Assembly (NCBI RefSeq): GCF_028641065.1 | Contig: NC_073413.1 | Coordinates: forward strand, 5,952,001 to 6,016,000 | Source: Leucoraja erinacea | Lineage: Eukaryota | Reading direction: 5' to 3' | DNA: 64,000 nucleotides | In this document: in pieces, positions 26,770-40,313 of the stretch | Position numbering within the stretch: the stretch's first letter is position 1 | How the letters are laid out: each line of letters opens with the position of its first letter | Notes under the pieces: model-generated | Told to the model about the DNA's origin: nothing | What the model saw: the letters and a program-made list of their open reading frames with translations, nothing else | Database searches by the model: none | Made by a program: the position numbers and the translations under genes

Positions 26770-27425
26770 ACTATGGGCACACGCATGGGCCCCAGCTATG
26801 CCTGCCTCTTTGTAGGGTCCCCAAACTCTCCCTTCACTACATTGACAACTACATTGGTGCTACCTCCTGCACCCATGCAGAACTCACTTTCTTCATCCAT
26901 TTCACCACTAACTTCCATCCAGCACTCAAATTCACCTGGGCCATTTTCAACATCTCCCTACCTTTTCTAGACCTCACCATCTCAAGTAACAGGCTACTGA
27001 CCAACATTTACCATAAACCCACTGACTCCCATGGCTATCTGGACTACATTTCTTCCCACCCTGCTTCCTATAAGGACTCTATCCCCCTACTCCCAATTCC
27101 TCCGTCTATGCCGCATCTGCACCCAGGATGAGGTGTTCCAAACCAGGGCATCGGAGATGTCCTCATTCTTTAGGGAACGGGAGTTCCCCTCTTCTACTAT
27201 AAATGAGGCTCTCATCAGGGTCTCCTCTATATCCCGCAGCTCCGCTCTCACTCCCCATCCCCCTACACGTAACAAGGCCAGAGTCCCCCTTGTCCTCATC
27301 TTTCACCCGTCGCATACAACATATAATCCTCCAACATTTTCGCCACCTCCAACTGTACCCCACCACTGGTCACATCTTCCCGTCTCCTCCCCTTTCTGCT
27401 TTCCACAGGGACCATTCCCTCCATA
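26770..27425 (+). mobile_element. Penelope-like retroelement reverse transcriptase remnant
   Basis: Frameshifted translation MGTRMGPSYACLFVG..YIDNYIG..FTTNFHPALKFTW..LPFLDLTI..YHKPTDSHGYLDY.SSHP..IPYSQFLRLCRICT..PLVLIFHP is the typical PLE RT core and thumb. Confidence 0.88.
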
Positions 27426-28569
27426 ATTCGACATTCCGTGAATGCTTTTGTTTCCGATTGTTAGAATCTGCAGGGTTTTTTTGTTTTAAGTTTCAAACAG
27501 CAATCTTGCTTTAATCCTTTCCTGTCCTCATTAGCACAGGAGAGAATAAGAAATAGTAATTAGATAATTCTGGCTTGAAATTTTAAAAAGGAAGCACATT
27601 GAAGAGACCAGTCTTCAATCTATTCTTATTCTGTTTCCAAGCTATGTTCACATTTTCTTCATCTGAAATGTCAACTACATAGCTAATTGATGTGGAATAA
27701 TTTGCTCCCCAATTGCTATCAGGCCATATTTGTTCTTGTATCCCAAGAACAAGATTGCCATAACAACCCCTGGTAAATTCAATCGTTTTAAGTTCTCAGG
27801 TCAGAACACTGTTTACAATTGACGAGAACAAGTTGTCCAATAACTCTGAATTTATCCAGCTAACAGCTGGGTAATACAGACTAAACCAGTGTTGCACAAC
27901 ATGCAGTTTGTAGTCTACATATCTATGGGATGTTCCTGTCTGGTTTACCTCAATGTTGCAAGTCTATTATTCTCATACTCACATTTCCCTCAGTATACCC
28001 CCAAACTGCATCATGATCAATGAAACTCAGACATTTTTAATCTAAATAGCAGACCCTGCATTTAGAAATGCTTTTGAAAATTATTAATTCACATGCCAGA
28101 CTTACCAGTCTGTTAAATTTGACCCAGGAACATTCATAAATGTCATCCTTACATAAACCACGTCAAGCACATATGAATTTTATGTTTCAATTATTTTTCC
28201 TTTCATTCTTCCAAACTCCAGACATTATAGAGCCAGACTGCTTCACCCTTCTCATACAATATCTATCCCTTCGCCCCAGTAGTCAAATCACCTATTGTGT
28301 CTAACCTTCCATAGATGGGAAACCAGATCTAAACACATAATTTCAGGTGTGGGGTCACATTGGGGCACTATATAATTGGACTCAAATCCTCTTAACACGA
28401 AAAGGCCAGTGTGTCATTTGCCTTCCTGATTGCTTGCTAATAAACACATCAGCTTTCAAGTGCTTCCCATACAAGGATTTCCTGCACCTTTCAATTTATC
28501 ATATAAAAAGTTTGAACTATTTTTCTTCTATCAAGGTGGATGACCTCACATTTTGATAGGTTGGAGCAG

Positions 28570-28705
28570 ATGCCACAATTGGAGTATTGTGATCAGTTTT
28601 GGACACCCTGCTATAGGAAGGATGCTGTTAAGCTGAAAAGAGTGCAGAAATGATTTACGAGGATGTTGCCTGGAGTTGAAGGCCTGAGGTACAGGGAGAG
28701 GTTAG
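28570..28705 (+). mobile_element. CR1/HER1-like LINE RT C-terminal fragment
   Basis: Translates PQLEYCDQFWTPCYRKDAVKLKRVQK.FTRMLPGVEGLRYRERL. Confidence 0.75.
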
Positions 28706-29329
28706 ACAATAATGCACATGAAGATTTGTCAAGTATAATTTACCTCTCCTAAATGCATGCTAATGCCGTGTAAACATATCATTTCCTGTGCGCCACTACC
28801 ATCTTCCCCTTCGGCTCCTAGATTCTATAAAACACACTCAATTAACAGGCATTAACCCACTGTGAATTTCTAGGTCTAGCGAACTCTGGACTAGACAGTT
28901 CCAAAGATTCTCGATCCACAGTGAAGAGGCTTTTCATTCTACTTCTCAATTGTCAGATGACTTTCTCACACCAACCATTTATTCTACTGATCCAGGGAAA
29001 ATTACTACTCTGTCCTGCAAATCCCAAGAGACCACCTCTCGTGCTTTCTGATTAACTGAGGAAGCTGTATCATCCATTGGCTTCGCATCCACTTTCACAT
29101 TCTTTTGGGGCATTAAAATGGACAACAAATGTAACTGTTCTGAAGGTCAGCAGCAATGGGCTAATTTCTTTCCCTGTGATTTAAACAAATGCTAGAAAAC
29201 TATGCAGGTCAGTCAGCATGTAAAATGAGGGGTCACTTGGCACGAGAAAAAAAGAATCAGAGTAAATATTTCAGCACCTTTCAGACACATGAACTCCAAA
29301 CCAACATCACGTGATTACCATCAAACTAA

Positions 29330-29725
29330 TCAAGAATTTATCTAGCTCTGCTTTAAAAATATCCAGTGACGGCCTCCACAGCCTTCTGCAGCAAAACATT
29401 CCACAGATTCACCTCGGACTAAAGAAATTCCTTTTCATCTAATTATTAAAGAAACGTATTTTAATTCTGGGGCTATGACCTCTAGTCCTAGATTCTCACA
29501 CGTGGAAACATCCATATCCACTCTCTCCAAGCCTTTCACTATTCAGTATGTTTCAACATGGTCCCCCCCCCTCATTCTTCTAAACTCCAGCGAGTATACG
29601 CCCAGTGCCATCAAACGCTCATCATAAGTTAACCCACCCATTCTTGGGATCATTCTTGTAAATATCCTCAGAACCCTCTCCAGGGTCAGCACATCCTTCA
29701 GATTATGGTGCCCAAAATTGCTCGG
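29330..29725 (-). mobile_element. CR1/HER1-like LINE 3' fragment
   Basis: Reverse complement resembles the LINE end (ERVLRIFTRMIP..YDERLMALGVYSLEFRRMRG), similar to 63470-63760. Confidence 0.7.
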
Positions 29726-29819
29726 TTATAGACAATAAATAGAATTTTAACACGTGTCCTTGTTATCGAGATGTTGTATGGCCAAAATGTGTGTATGGCC
29801 AGGGAGAGGCCTCAGTCAT

Positions 29820-30127
29820 GTAAAGGGAGGAACTGCAGATGCTAGTTCAAATCGAAGATAGACACTAAATGCTGGAGTAACTCAGCAGGTCAGGCAGCAT
29901 CCCTGGAGAGAAGGAATGGGTGACGTTTTGGGTTGAGACCCTTCTTCAGACTAGTCAGGGAAAAGAAAGAACAAAATTATGGAAGAAAGAGCAGTGTCTG
30001 AAGAAGGGTCTTGACCCGAAATGTCGCCCATTCCTTCTCTCCAGGGATGCTGCCTGTCCCGCTGAGTTATTCCAGAATTTTGTGTCTATCTTCGGTTTAA
30101 ACCAGCATCTGCAGTTCTTTCCCACAC
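29820..30127. repeat. About 130-bp inverted repeat pair of hammerhead-bearing Penelope-type repeats (MITE-like hairpin)
   Basis: 29820-29951 is the near reverse complement of 29996-30127, with a ~45-bp spacer; cores at 29922-29949 (-) and 29998-30025 (+). Confidence 0.9.
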
Positions 30128-31020
30128 AGCTAAGTTTTAGGTTTAGTTTAAATGAGGTGTTTTATATATATAATTCGAAAATTGTGGGAACCAGCAAAGG
30201 TTTGACTACATTGGAACATAGAAAAATCAAAATTTCATTCAAGAAAGTATAAGATCACTTTAAGCTACCTTTATTTCTACAAAAACAAACAAGAAACATC
30301 CATTAGTGTAGGAAGTGAACTAGAAAACGTAATGCGAAACAGATTTCAACCCAGTGCCTTAGTAAATATCAAGTAAATCACATTGAGATGGTAATACCAT
30401 AATCTGATTAAATTTGGCTTGATCCAAGATAAACCAATACCTAGGCATAAAAGAGTCAACCTCAGCAGAATAAAGAGCTTAAGCAAATGTACCAGGTGGA
30501 GTAATAGAATATCATAGCTGGGATAAATGCAATACTTACAAGGACTTAAAAAAGACTAACACATGCATTATTAAATAGGGCTTTAAATAGATTAAATCAG
30601 TAAACAGATTAGAAAATCTACAGGAGAAAGGAGAAAAATGGCTGGGGAAGAATATAAAAGGGTATTCATAAAAAAGTTGACCTGCTGAATGTAATACACC
30701 TCTCTTCTATTACATGTTATCAAGAAGGTATTTGTAGTTCACACCACCTTTCCCGTTCTGAAGCCTCAAAATTCACAATTGCATTAAAAGGGTGTTGTTG
30801 TGCAATTGTAACGCACAACTAAGTCATCATAGATATCAATAATATAAAACAGCAATTTCAAACACAGAAAAACACAGTTCAAATATTGTACCGTTTCAGT
30901 TTGTACCGTTTCAGTTCTCATGTCTCCCTTTTTTCTCTTTTATTTTCATATCAGGTACATGGAAACGCAAACAACAACGTTTTATTTCACATTTTAACAT
31001 CTGCAAATTGATGCATCATA

Positions 31021-32612
31021 CAATGCCCTCCATAAAGACCCATAATTTATTTATTTGCCTCTGCAATCCACAATTTGAGATTAGTAATAGGAAAAAATCA
31101 CGTAAAGTGCACAGTCAGATTTTATTAAAGGGTATTTTTTATACATTTTGGTTTCACCATATAGAAATTACAGCTGTGTTTATACATAGTTTCCCCATTA
31201 TCAGGGCACCATAATGTTTGGGACACATGGATTCACAGGTGTTTGTAATTGCTCAGGTGTGTTTAAATGACTCCTTAATACGGGCATAAAAGAGCTCTCA
31301 GCACCTAGTCTTTCCATCACCTTTAGAAACTTGTATTGCTGTTTATCAACATGAGGTCCAAAGTTGTGCCAATGAAAGTCAAAGAAGCCAATATGAGACT
31401 GAGAAACAAGAATAAAACTGTTAGAGACATCACCCAAACCTTAGGCTTACCAAAATCAACTGTTTGGACCATCATTAAGAAGAATTAGAGCACTGGTGAG
31501 CTTACTAATCGCAATGGGACTGGCAGGCCAAGGAAGACCTCCACAGCCTTATGACAGAATAATTCTCTTTATAATAAAGAAAAATCCTCAAACACCTGTC
31601 CGGCAGAACAGAAACTCTTCAGGAGTCAGGTGTGGATTTGTCAATGACCACAGTCCGCAGAAGACATCATGAACAGAAATACAAAGGCGACACTGAAAGA
31701 TGCAAACCACTGGTTAGCAGCTAAAATAGGATGGACCAGGTTAGTTTGCCAAGAAGTACTTAAAAGAGCAACTACAGTTCTGGAAAAAGGTCTTGTGGAC
31801 AGATGAGACAAAGATTAACTTATATCAGAGTGATGGCAAAGGCAAAGTATGTCTTTCATATGCTGAAAAGAAAACTGAAGGGAACTACCCAAGACACAAA
31901 GCATACCACCTCATCTGTGAAACACAGTGGTGGGTGTGTTTTGGCCTGGGTATGTATGGCTGCTGAGGGTATTGGCTCACTTATCTTCATTAATGATACA
32001 ACTGCTGATGGTAGTAGCATAACGAATTCTGAACTGTATACACACATCCTATCAGCTTAAGTTCAAACAAATGCCTCAAAACTCATTGGCTGGGGATTCA
32101 TTCTACAGCAAGAAAATGATCCCAAACATACTGCTAAAGCAACAAGGGAGTTTTTCAAAGTTAAAATATGGTAAATTCCTGAGTGGTTAAGTCAATCACC
32201 CAATTGAGCTTGTATTTCATATGCTGAAGAGAAAACTGAAGGGGACTAGCCCCCAAAATAAGCATAAGCAATACAGGCCTGGCAGAGCATCACCAGAGAA
32301 GACACCCAGCAACTTCAAGCAGTCTCTGCATGCAAAGGATATGCAACAAAATACTAAACATGACTACTTTCATTTACATGACATTGCTGTGTCCCAAACA
32401 TTATGGTGCCTTGAAATGGGGGGGACTATGTATAAACATAAATGTAATTTCTACATGATGAAACCAAAATGTATAAAAATGGCCTTTATTAAAATCTGAC
32501 AACGTGTACTTTACCCACATATGATGTTTTCTATTACAAATCTCAAATTGTGGAGTACAGAGGTAAATAAATAAATGATGGGTCTATGTCCCAAACATTA
32601 TGGAGGGCATTG
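31021..32612 (+). mobile_element. Full-length (1592 bp) Tc1-like transposon, IR/DR type, inactivated transposase
   Basis: TA at 31019-31020 and 32613-32614; termini CAATGCCCTCCATAA / TTATGGAGGGCATTG; ~210-220 bp inverted repeats with internal DR 'ccataatgtttgggacac'; transposase motifs FWKKVLWTDETKIN, SVKHSGG and QQENDPKHT, with stops and frameshifts. Confidence 0.95.
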
Positions 32613-35600
32613 TACATGGAAAAACACTATTTTTGTATTATTCTTCGAGATAGAAATGTTGACAACAAATAATGTCACTATATTATGTTATGTATTGAAA
32701 AAGAACAGTGGGGACAAAGATTATATTGGTAAATTACACATTGGTAAACTGTAATGTGCCAGTGGGATTAATATTTAACTATTTACATTCTATATTAATG
32801 ATTAGTGACTGAATGTATTGTGCCAGTTGTACAATATTTTAATTGTGAACGCATACCTAGATAATCCATAATTATGCAACTGAAAATTGATGCCAGTCAT
32901 GGCTTTATGGTACGAGATCGAAACAGTCCTATTTTTCAGTTCATTCCCCACAGTCAAGTTTTGTGTTCACAATTTTATTATTTTATGAACATTTCAATCA
33001 AATTAAACATCCACCACCTTTGAAATTATTCAATGCATTAAAAAGTTTTCTTATGTTACGTAGGTCTTCTTGTCATTTACCTTAAAACTGTGCTGACTAC
33101 CAAATCTCTTCATAATGATCAAAATCTTTCATAATTATGAACATTTCTCCTTACACTTCTATGCTGCAGATAACAATAACACTTCTTCAGTTTCCTTACA
33201 CTAAAATGTCCTCATACCATTCCAATAACACTCCTTCATCACTTTAGATTGAACCGATGGTTTATAGGATAACTTTTGTATTTCTCTCTCATAGAAAAAC
33301 AACTAGAGGACATAGATTCAAGACATGGCTCGCAGAGTCAAAAACATTTGACCCTCCCCCCACCCCCATCGATCCAGAGAATTGAGGATTTAAATCTCGT
33401 TGATAGAAGCAAGGGTGGCAAAATCTTTCACTACATTTAAAATGTATGTGGATGTGGAGGTGCCATAACCTATGGAACTATGGACTGAGAACTAGGAAGG
33501 ATTAAGGCATTTCCATAATGAATCAAATTGTGTCCCTCATGGCTAGATGTTCTGGCAGGCCGAATAAATGGAAGCAAAACACATTTTGTTTCACAAAACC
33601 AATTTCTACCATCGAGTACTCAGAGAACAAAGTCACATCAACCAAAGGATTGCGCTGCTGCTGAATACGGGACTAACTTCAGCCCATGGTCACACACGCA
33701 CCAAATCAAATTGCATATGCTTCTATTCTCTATTGTTCAATAGAGGCTGCTGATTTCCTCTACTACCTTGCTCCTACCAGTCCCCCTCTCCGAATAACAT
33801 TAAATAGCTTAATCATATTTCAAATATTAGACATTGAGCAGCAGCAGCATTGGCAAAATGAAACATATGGTGTATAAAATAATAAGTGTATTTCATTCAA
33901 CAAAAATACCTTTACAAATTAACTTATGACTAAGCAGAAGGAACAAATGTCAGAAACCAATGACAATATCACTAATCTGATTTATACAAATCCAACTAAA
34001 GCAGCTTTGTCCATTCTAAACTGGATAAGCAGCAATGAAACAAGCTTTATCTGTCATGATCTGGAACAGATTAAGTGCTGTTGGACCCAGGAGCATTATG
34101 AGGCAAATCTCATCCAATTTATAAAGAATGTTCAAGGCAGGCTCCTCGCCACACTACTCCCAAATTACTTAACAGGTTTTAAAAGGAAAAAAAAAAATCA
34201 CAGGAAACCAACCAGCATTCCTTCTAATGTAATTGTTTTTTTAGCAGATTATTTTTTTTTCTTTACTTAGACTATGTTTCTGGATTCTACAAAATGCTAA
34301 AAAGAATGCACCAGGTTCGCAAAGTTATAAATCATAAAGTAACCTATAATAATTACATAGAATAGGGTTATGTTTAAGGAATAGTGTGGAAAATGAATTT
34401 TCCAATACAAAGTATCACTATCCCATTTCCTGAAATTTTGGGAACTGCAAACAAGGACTAAACAAAAAGGCATAATATATCCAGGATCATATAACAAGAA
34501 AAAGCACCAAATGCCAAAAGCAATACGGAATTTCACTGGATTTAAAATCTGCATTAAAAAAGACGTCAAGAGCCTGCAAGGTCATGCACTGTCAATTGCA
34601 TGATTAGAATTTTTCATTATGGTTTGTAGAAACAGGTATATGATTATTTTCACGAGTATGCAAAATTATTAACAATTTAAACCAAAGTCATAGAAGGCCA
34701 TCTTCTTGTCTCAACAATACATCTCAACCCATTCACATTGCTGTTTGTTGTTATCATTCGAAATCAAGTAAACCAGGTAATATTTACCCTAAAATTTACT
34801 TTTCATTAATTTTGTTCATATCTATGATTTTGCTTTTAATTTTGAGATAAAGATTTAATTTGACAACTTATTTGAGAAATTTTTTGAATGTTTAACTCAT
34901 GAAGGGAATTTAAATTCTTATATTCCTTTTTCCAGCTCCACTCTACTCACTCAACGTCAATGGCCAAATGTGCCTGCCATATCTTGAAAGTCAAAGGGCC
35001 CTCTACAAAGAATATCTAACTAGAGTACTATTTTCACATCAAACTGATTTACCAGAGGCTGAAATCTCTATTCCTCTTGGGCATTCTCTTACAACAGGAA
35101 CATCGCAAGTAAAAGGATACACAGAATTCACCATCATCAGTAACATACTATTTATTGCAGCAGGCCATTTCTAAACCATGTAGAATCTGAGTAAACATTA
35201 AATTAATTCTGAAAATTACAACATGTATTTTCAAATAATTGACTGATAAACCTATTATTTTCACTTTCATGAATCATTGTGCATTTACTCAATATTTACA
35301 ATGGCAGCTGCTGATGTGTGTTCACTTTCCAATTCAACAGACATGAGAGCACAGTTTTTCTCTCAAGATACTAAATTTATATTATTCTCAACTGCAGACC
35401 TAAATCACTCCAAGTTATACAATGATGCATTTGTATCTCTAAGTTTACACATTACACAAAGTTTAAAGCAATTATTTTTTTTCCATTTACTATATTTTTA
35501 GAGTTACAGTACAGTAGCTTATGGAACAAAAAAAGTTTAGTGTTAACTATCCATAGGATATAGTTCTCCAGTACCAAACCTAAATACATGCCTTGCAAGC

Positions 35601-38197
35601 TTCACCAGAACAATGAAGATCAATGTGCATGGGAATGACAGTTCAGTGCAATCCTTTCCACATCTAACCTATGTACTTCCAAATGATGTACCTGACAATG
35701 ATCAGTATTAGAAACTCGTGCAGAACATACGTTTACCCACCACACAGGTGTGCAACAGTACTTCAGTTGTGCTGAAATAAATCAGAAATTGTTACTTAAT
35801 ATGCAGCATTGCATCATAGCATGAAAAGTCAACAGTTTTAGTCCAGTTAGTCCATAATTATAAAAATGGACTAATTCATTGAGTTAACCTAACCATACGT
35901 ATTTTCCTGCTGGAGACACTACAACATAAAGTGGAGTATTTTTTTAAATGATAAACAAAGCTTTGTTCACTGATTTGCATTTCACAATGCTTCCAATAGT
36001 TTGATATTATATCGAGCTGGGAAATGTGGCTCTCCTTAGACAGTTCCTGAAGTTCAAGGATGGCCTAATTCTACTCCTGTTCTGAGTGCCTGATGAGGCC
36101 AATTTGGGAATGCAGACTTACCACACATGGGGTAGGTAGTGCCTGGCAGAGCATGTAAGTAGGTGGGTTTTAGATGGTGCGGACGTGATGCATGGACCCT
36201 TCCATACTATCATGAATGCTCCATCTCCACCTTATGCAATCATGGGCATAGGTTTCCCATCATTAGTGGGGATGGTTCTTTCCTTCAAGAAGGCCGAGTA
36301 CATCCTTGAATAATTTCCTCTGCCTGTCTGATGATCTTCTCTTGTATCAGAATTTTGATGGTTAGCATGAAATTTGTTTAGACGAAATAACATGTTCACG
36401 TTCAGCAATAAAATGAAAAGTAAATACCACGGATCACAGCTACCTAGATAGCCATCCTTCAACCTAGATCACAGCATACCGACCAAGGCCTGAAATTCCC
36501 TTTTTTGAATCTAATTTAAAAAAATTGTCAATCACTCTTTTATTTCCTTTATTGGTTCAGTCAATTTTCATCTCTTTACAAGGATGCTCTCTTGCAGTTA
36601 CCATATCAACACAAGCTGGTATATACAGCTTGCTTTGGCAAATTTGAACAAATACAGCATTTGCAAGGATGAATCGCTAATGTTTGCACATATAACTGAT
36701 TATGTTCACACCAAGAAACATGTCTGATGAGCATTTAAGAACTTTTCACAAGAGGTGATTTTACCTACTTTTGCCAAGAGTCTGATGTCGATTCAACCAC
36801 CATTCCAGGATTTGATAATATAAACAGGACTAGCATTGCAGTATTGAGACCAGACAGTCACAGAAGTAAGCCAGGTTCCAGGATATATTTCCCCCTTGGA
36901 AAACCAATCATGGCTGATTGTGTCATTAATTTACTAACATTGGTTCCACATTCCTCAATACTCTTACATTTTCAAATCACTTACAACGATTCTCTATCCT
37001 TCCCATATATTTAACCCAAAGCCATATCTTCTATCTTAATGGCTTCAAATAATGTTAGATATCAGCCATAATTTTTTGAAGATAGAGAATTTTCTCTAAT
37101 ATTACTTTACCACAATGAAATAATGTTAATATAAATGACTGACCAGACTTTGATATAGCAATATTGCCGGTCATAAGATATCTGCAGCATATGTCTACAT
37201 AAGAGACTACATTTTACTAACTTGCTATGGAGCATTCAGTGACACCCAATAAAGCAAAATCTAAATGCAAGTTTATAAATATTATTGTTTTTCCTCAGAT
37301 TCCTATATTAGCCAAATGGCAACACAAGTACTCTGCCACAGCGGCTGTGTCACATCATGCAATATGATGCTCTTATTTCCCTGACACTTTTTATTGCTTT
37401 GTCACTCACCTTGCACTCTCATCATTACATTTAGTGTATGTTAATTCTCATGAACCAATATATTCTCAATTCACTGAAAACTGAAGATTAATTTTGCGTT
37501 AATCTCTGCAGATTTTCATAAGGTGTAATCGCCAACACGATTCACGATTTGGATGGCATGCACAATAATTACAACACTGGGATCAATCTGCAGAGCAAAG
37601 CTTGTCTTTAAAGTTCTTACTAGATTGAAAAAGTGGGATAATTGGGGGGATTTGCTGTTGGCTGGAATGCAGGAATCAACAATGTGCAACATCAAATGAG
37701 GCAGTCTGTCAATTCACTTTCCTTTTGAATGTTCTGAAACTACAGCCATTCAATTTACACCAGTAAAATGTCACCTATAAATTAAAATTACTTCACTCAT
37801 CTCCCCACATTTATCGATTTGATTTTAACATAATTCCTGGCTACAATGTAAATTGGGTAAATAGAGTCCGAAGAATGGCCTCAACCCAAAACCACTTATG
37901 TTCTCCAGGGAGATGCTGCCTGACTTGTGGAGTTAGTCCAGCACTTTGTGTCCTTTTGTAAATTTGAAGTCAACTTCCATTAATTCAAATAGTAACTCTC
38001 AAATCAACTTATATTCAGCTCCAATTCAGTTTGGTCCAAAGTTCTAAAACAACACAGTACTTTATCATTTCCAGACTTGTTTCCTGGCCACAATAGAAGT
38101 TTAAAAAACAAAAACAAATTTGACATCACATAATATAGACTGCTGGATTTACCACACCTCGTCCTTGTCAGCTTATCCAAGAGAACGACTAACAAAC

Positions 38198-38233
38198 CTT
38201 GACAATATCCTTGGACACAGCTTCAATGGCGAG
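38198..38233 (-). CDS. Candidate second coding exon (LAIEAVSKDIVK) of the unidentified gene
   Basis: Acceptor TCTCTTGACTAG| and donor AAG|GTTTGT; 36 nt, open in phase 0, which matches the end of exon 1. No homology support. Confidence 0.3.
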
Positions 38234-39049
38234 CTAGTCAAGAGACATTAACTAACTAACAAAACGCCGCAAGCTTCCAGACTCGACAAATGTATCTATT
38301 CCCAAGTCCATACACAGCCTGACGCTAGTTACAGAGAAATGTTCCACTCCTGACATTTGCCACCATCCCCATAATTGGCCCTAGCATAACATTGACCCTA
38401 TCCCTGGAAATGGGAACTTCTGTCATTTCTGAAAATCGTAGGTCCTACTCCCAACACTGTCCCCACTCTTGACACTAACATCAACCCCAGCCCTCTTCAA
38501 GGCACTTAACTCCAACTCAGTCCAGGGAACAGGGCATAGTTTACCCACTATTTTAAAGCAGCGGGATATTTCAGCGGACGAGGTAGCCAATAAGGGTGAA
38601 AGATACAGGCGCTGGGTTAAGTATTGTTCGCGGCGTCTCTGAGGGCTTCGCCTGTTTCAAGACCGTTTCTGTCTCACTGAATGAAGGTTGTGGGAGGCAG
38701 TCAAGTACATCACGACGTCGAAGCCAAAATGGAGCGGAGGCCCATTCTGGAGAGGGCCCCCTGTGAGGGGGAGGGTGATGTCCGGAGCCACATTGTGGAG
38801 GGGGTGTCCGAGGCCACACCGTGAGAGGGGACGAGGGGAACCGAACCTCGGATCCAGTGGAGAGGGTTTGGGATGGGGGGATTTAGATAAAATTGAGGGG
38901 TGGGGGTGAGGAAGAGTGTGTATCTTAAGGGGGTTATGGGGCACATCGAGAGGGGTACTTTAAGGAGGGGGGGGGGATTTCGGGTGGCGGGGTCACTTCG
39001 GTGGCTCTAGACCAGTCACAGTTTGGGGGGGGTAGGGGTCGCCAGCCAC

Positions 39050-40100
39050 CATGTCCGCCTCTCCTGCTTACCTGTGCGGCCTCGCTGTTCATCCCGTTCT
39101 CTCCGGGGTTCACTCTCGCTTCCAGCCGCTGTCTCTTCGCCTCGGCCGTCGCCTCATCACCCGGCTCGTCCCGCTTCAGACCTCGGAGCATTCGCTCGGG
39201 GCCAGGCCCGGGGCCGAAGTCGCCACCGGCCACCGGCTCCGCCGCCATGGGCTCGGGACTCGAGGTGAGGAGGAGGAGGTGGAGGAGAAGAAGGTGGTGG
39301 TCCCGGACTCGGCGGACGGGCCGAGCGCGATGAAACCGGACGACCGCGCGGGTTGGGGGGAAAAAAAATAAAAATATATCCCTCGGGCTAACAATTTAAA
39401 AAAAAACTAACAACCACTTTTCACACCAAACACGGCGTGGCAATCTCACGCAGAAGTGCGGGGTCGACGGCGCCGAGTTTTACCTCACACTCTACACACA
39501 CACAGAACACAGCTAGAGAGAGAGAGACGCTGGGGAGCGGGAGCGGAAAACAATCTTTGAAAAAAATGGCCTAGCTTGGCGCGCCCGCGCGTGCACGAGC
39601 CCCCACTCGGCGCGTGCTGGTGCCCGGCGCCGCGCATGCATGCACGAGCCCCCGCCGCCAGCAGCAGCAGCTCCCCCCGCGCGCGCGCTGGGAAAGAGGA
39701 GTTCGTTGCCTGTGGAGCCTTCGGCAGCCGAGTGTTTCCGAAGCTGGCGAGCGAGGGATGTCACCGAGTAGATAGAGAGGGCGAAAAAATGAAAAACGAA
39801 ATGGTGTAGGAAGGACCTGCAGATGCGGGAAGAAAACGAAACCCTTTGGATTTTTCCGATCCTCATAACGAGTCCGTATTGGATCGGCGGGAGTTCAATC
39901 GTTTCGGCCGGGACTCGGGAAAGTTCGGCCCCCCGGGGTTAGGGGCTCGTTGTCGGGGACACGAGGGAGCCGTTGCCGTGGTGATGGGAGAACGCTCCCC
40001 GGGCCCCGTTTACTGGAGCGCGGGCGCCGCCACGGGCCGGAGCCGGCACTGCAGGCCAGCCAGGCTGCAACCTTCACCATGCGGCCCCTCGAGCCTGCTG
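39050..40100. promoter_or_regulatory. CpG island / promoter of the minus-strand gene
   Basis: High GC and CpG density; NRF1-like motifs (gcgcatgcatgcac ~39632, gcgcgtgcac ~39587) and YY1-like aaaatggcc ~39563. Confidence 0.75.
39072..39248 (-). CDS. First coding exon of an unidentified gene (probably a nuclear protein; basic NLS-like motif)
   Basis: ATG in a strong Kozak context (GAGCCCATGG) in a CpG island; 59 codons MAAEPVAGGDFGPGPGPERMLRGLKRDEPGDEATAEAKRQRLEARVNPGENGMNSEAAQ, ending at consensus donor CAG|GTAAGC (phase 0). The rest of the gene was not identified. Confidence 0.7.
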
Positions 40101-40313
40101 AACCATTCATCAAGCTTATGGCTCATCTCACCCCCATCTCTCGATTTCCTTGTTCTCCAACCATCTATCTTATTCACTCTTGGATAGTCGGCTAGCTTAG
40201 GTTTCTCTGCGAGCGCCTATTTTCAGAAGGTCACAGTGTCATAAGGCATGGAAATAGGTCCTTAGGCCCACCAGGTTGATGCTGACCATCAACCACTCAT
40301 TTGCATTAATCCA

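Noticed and set aside
35053-35170. Minus-strand AG..GT-bounded open segment (KWPAAINSMLL...)
   Set aside because: Weak splice sites and no recognisable protein similarity.
39072-39248. Assignment of the left gene to TRIM28 (by human synteny) or LZTR1
   Set aside because: No RING, B-box or Kelch sequence and no recognisable N-terminal similarity in the window.
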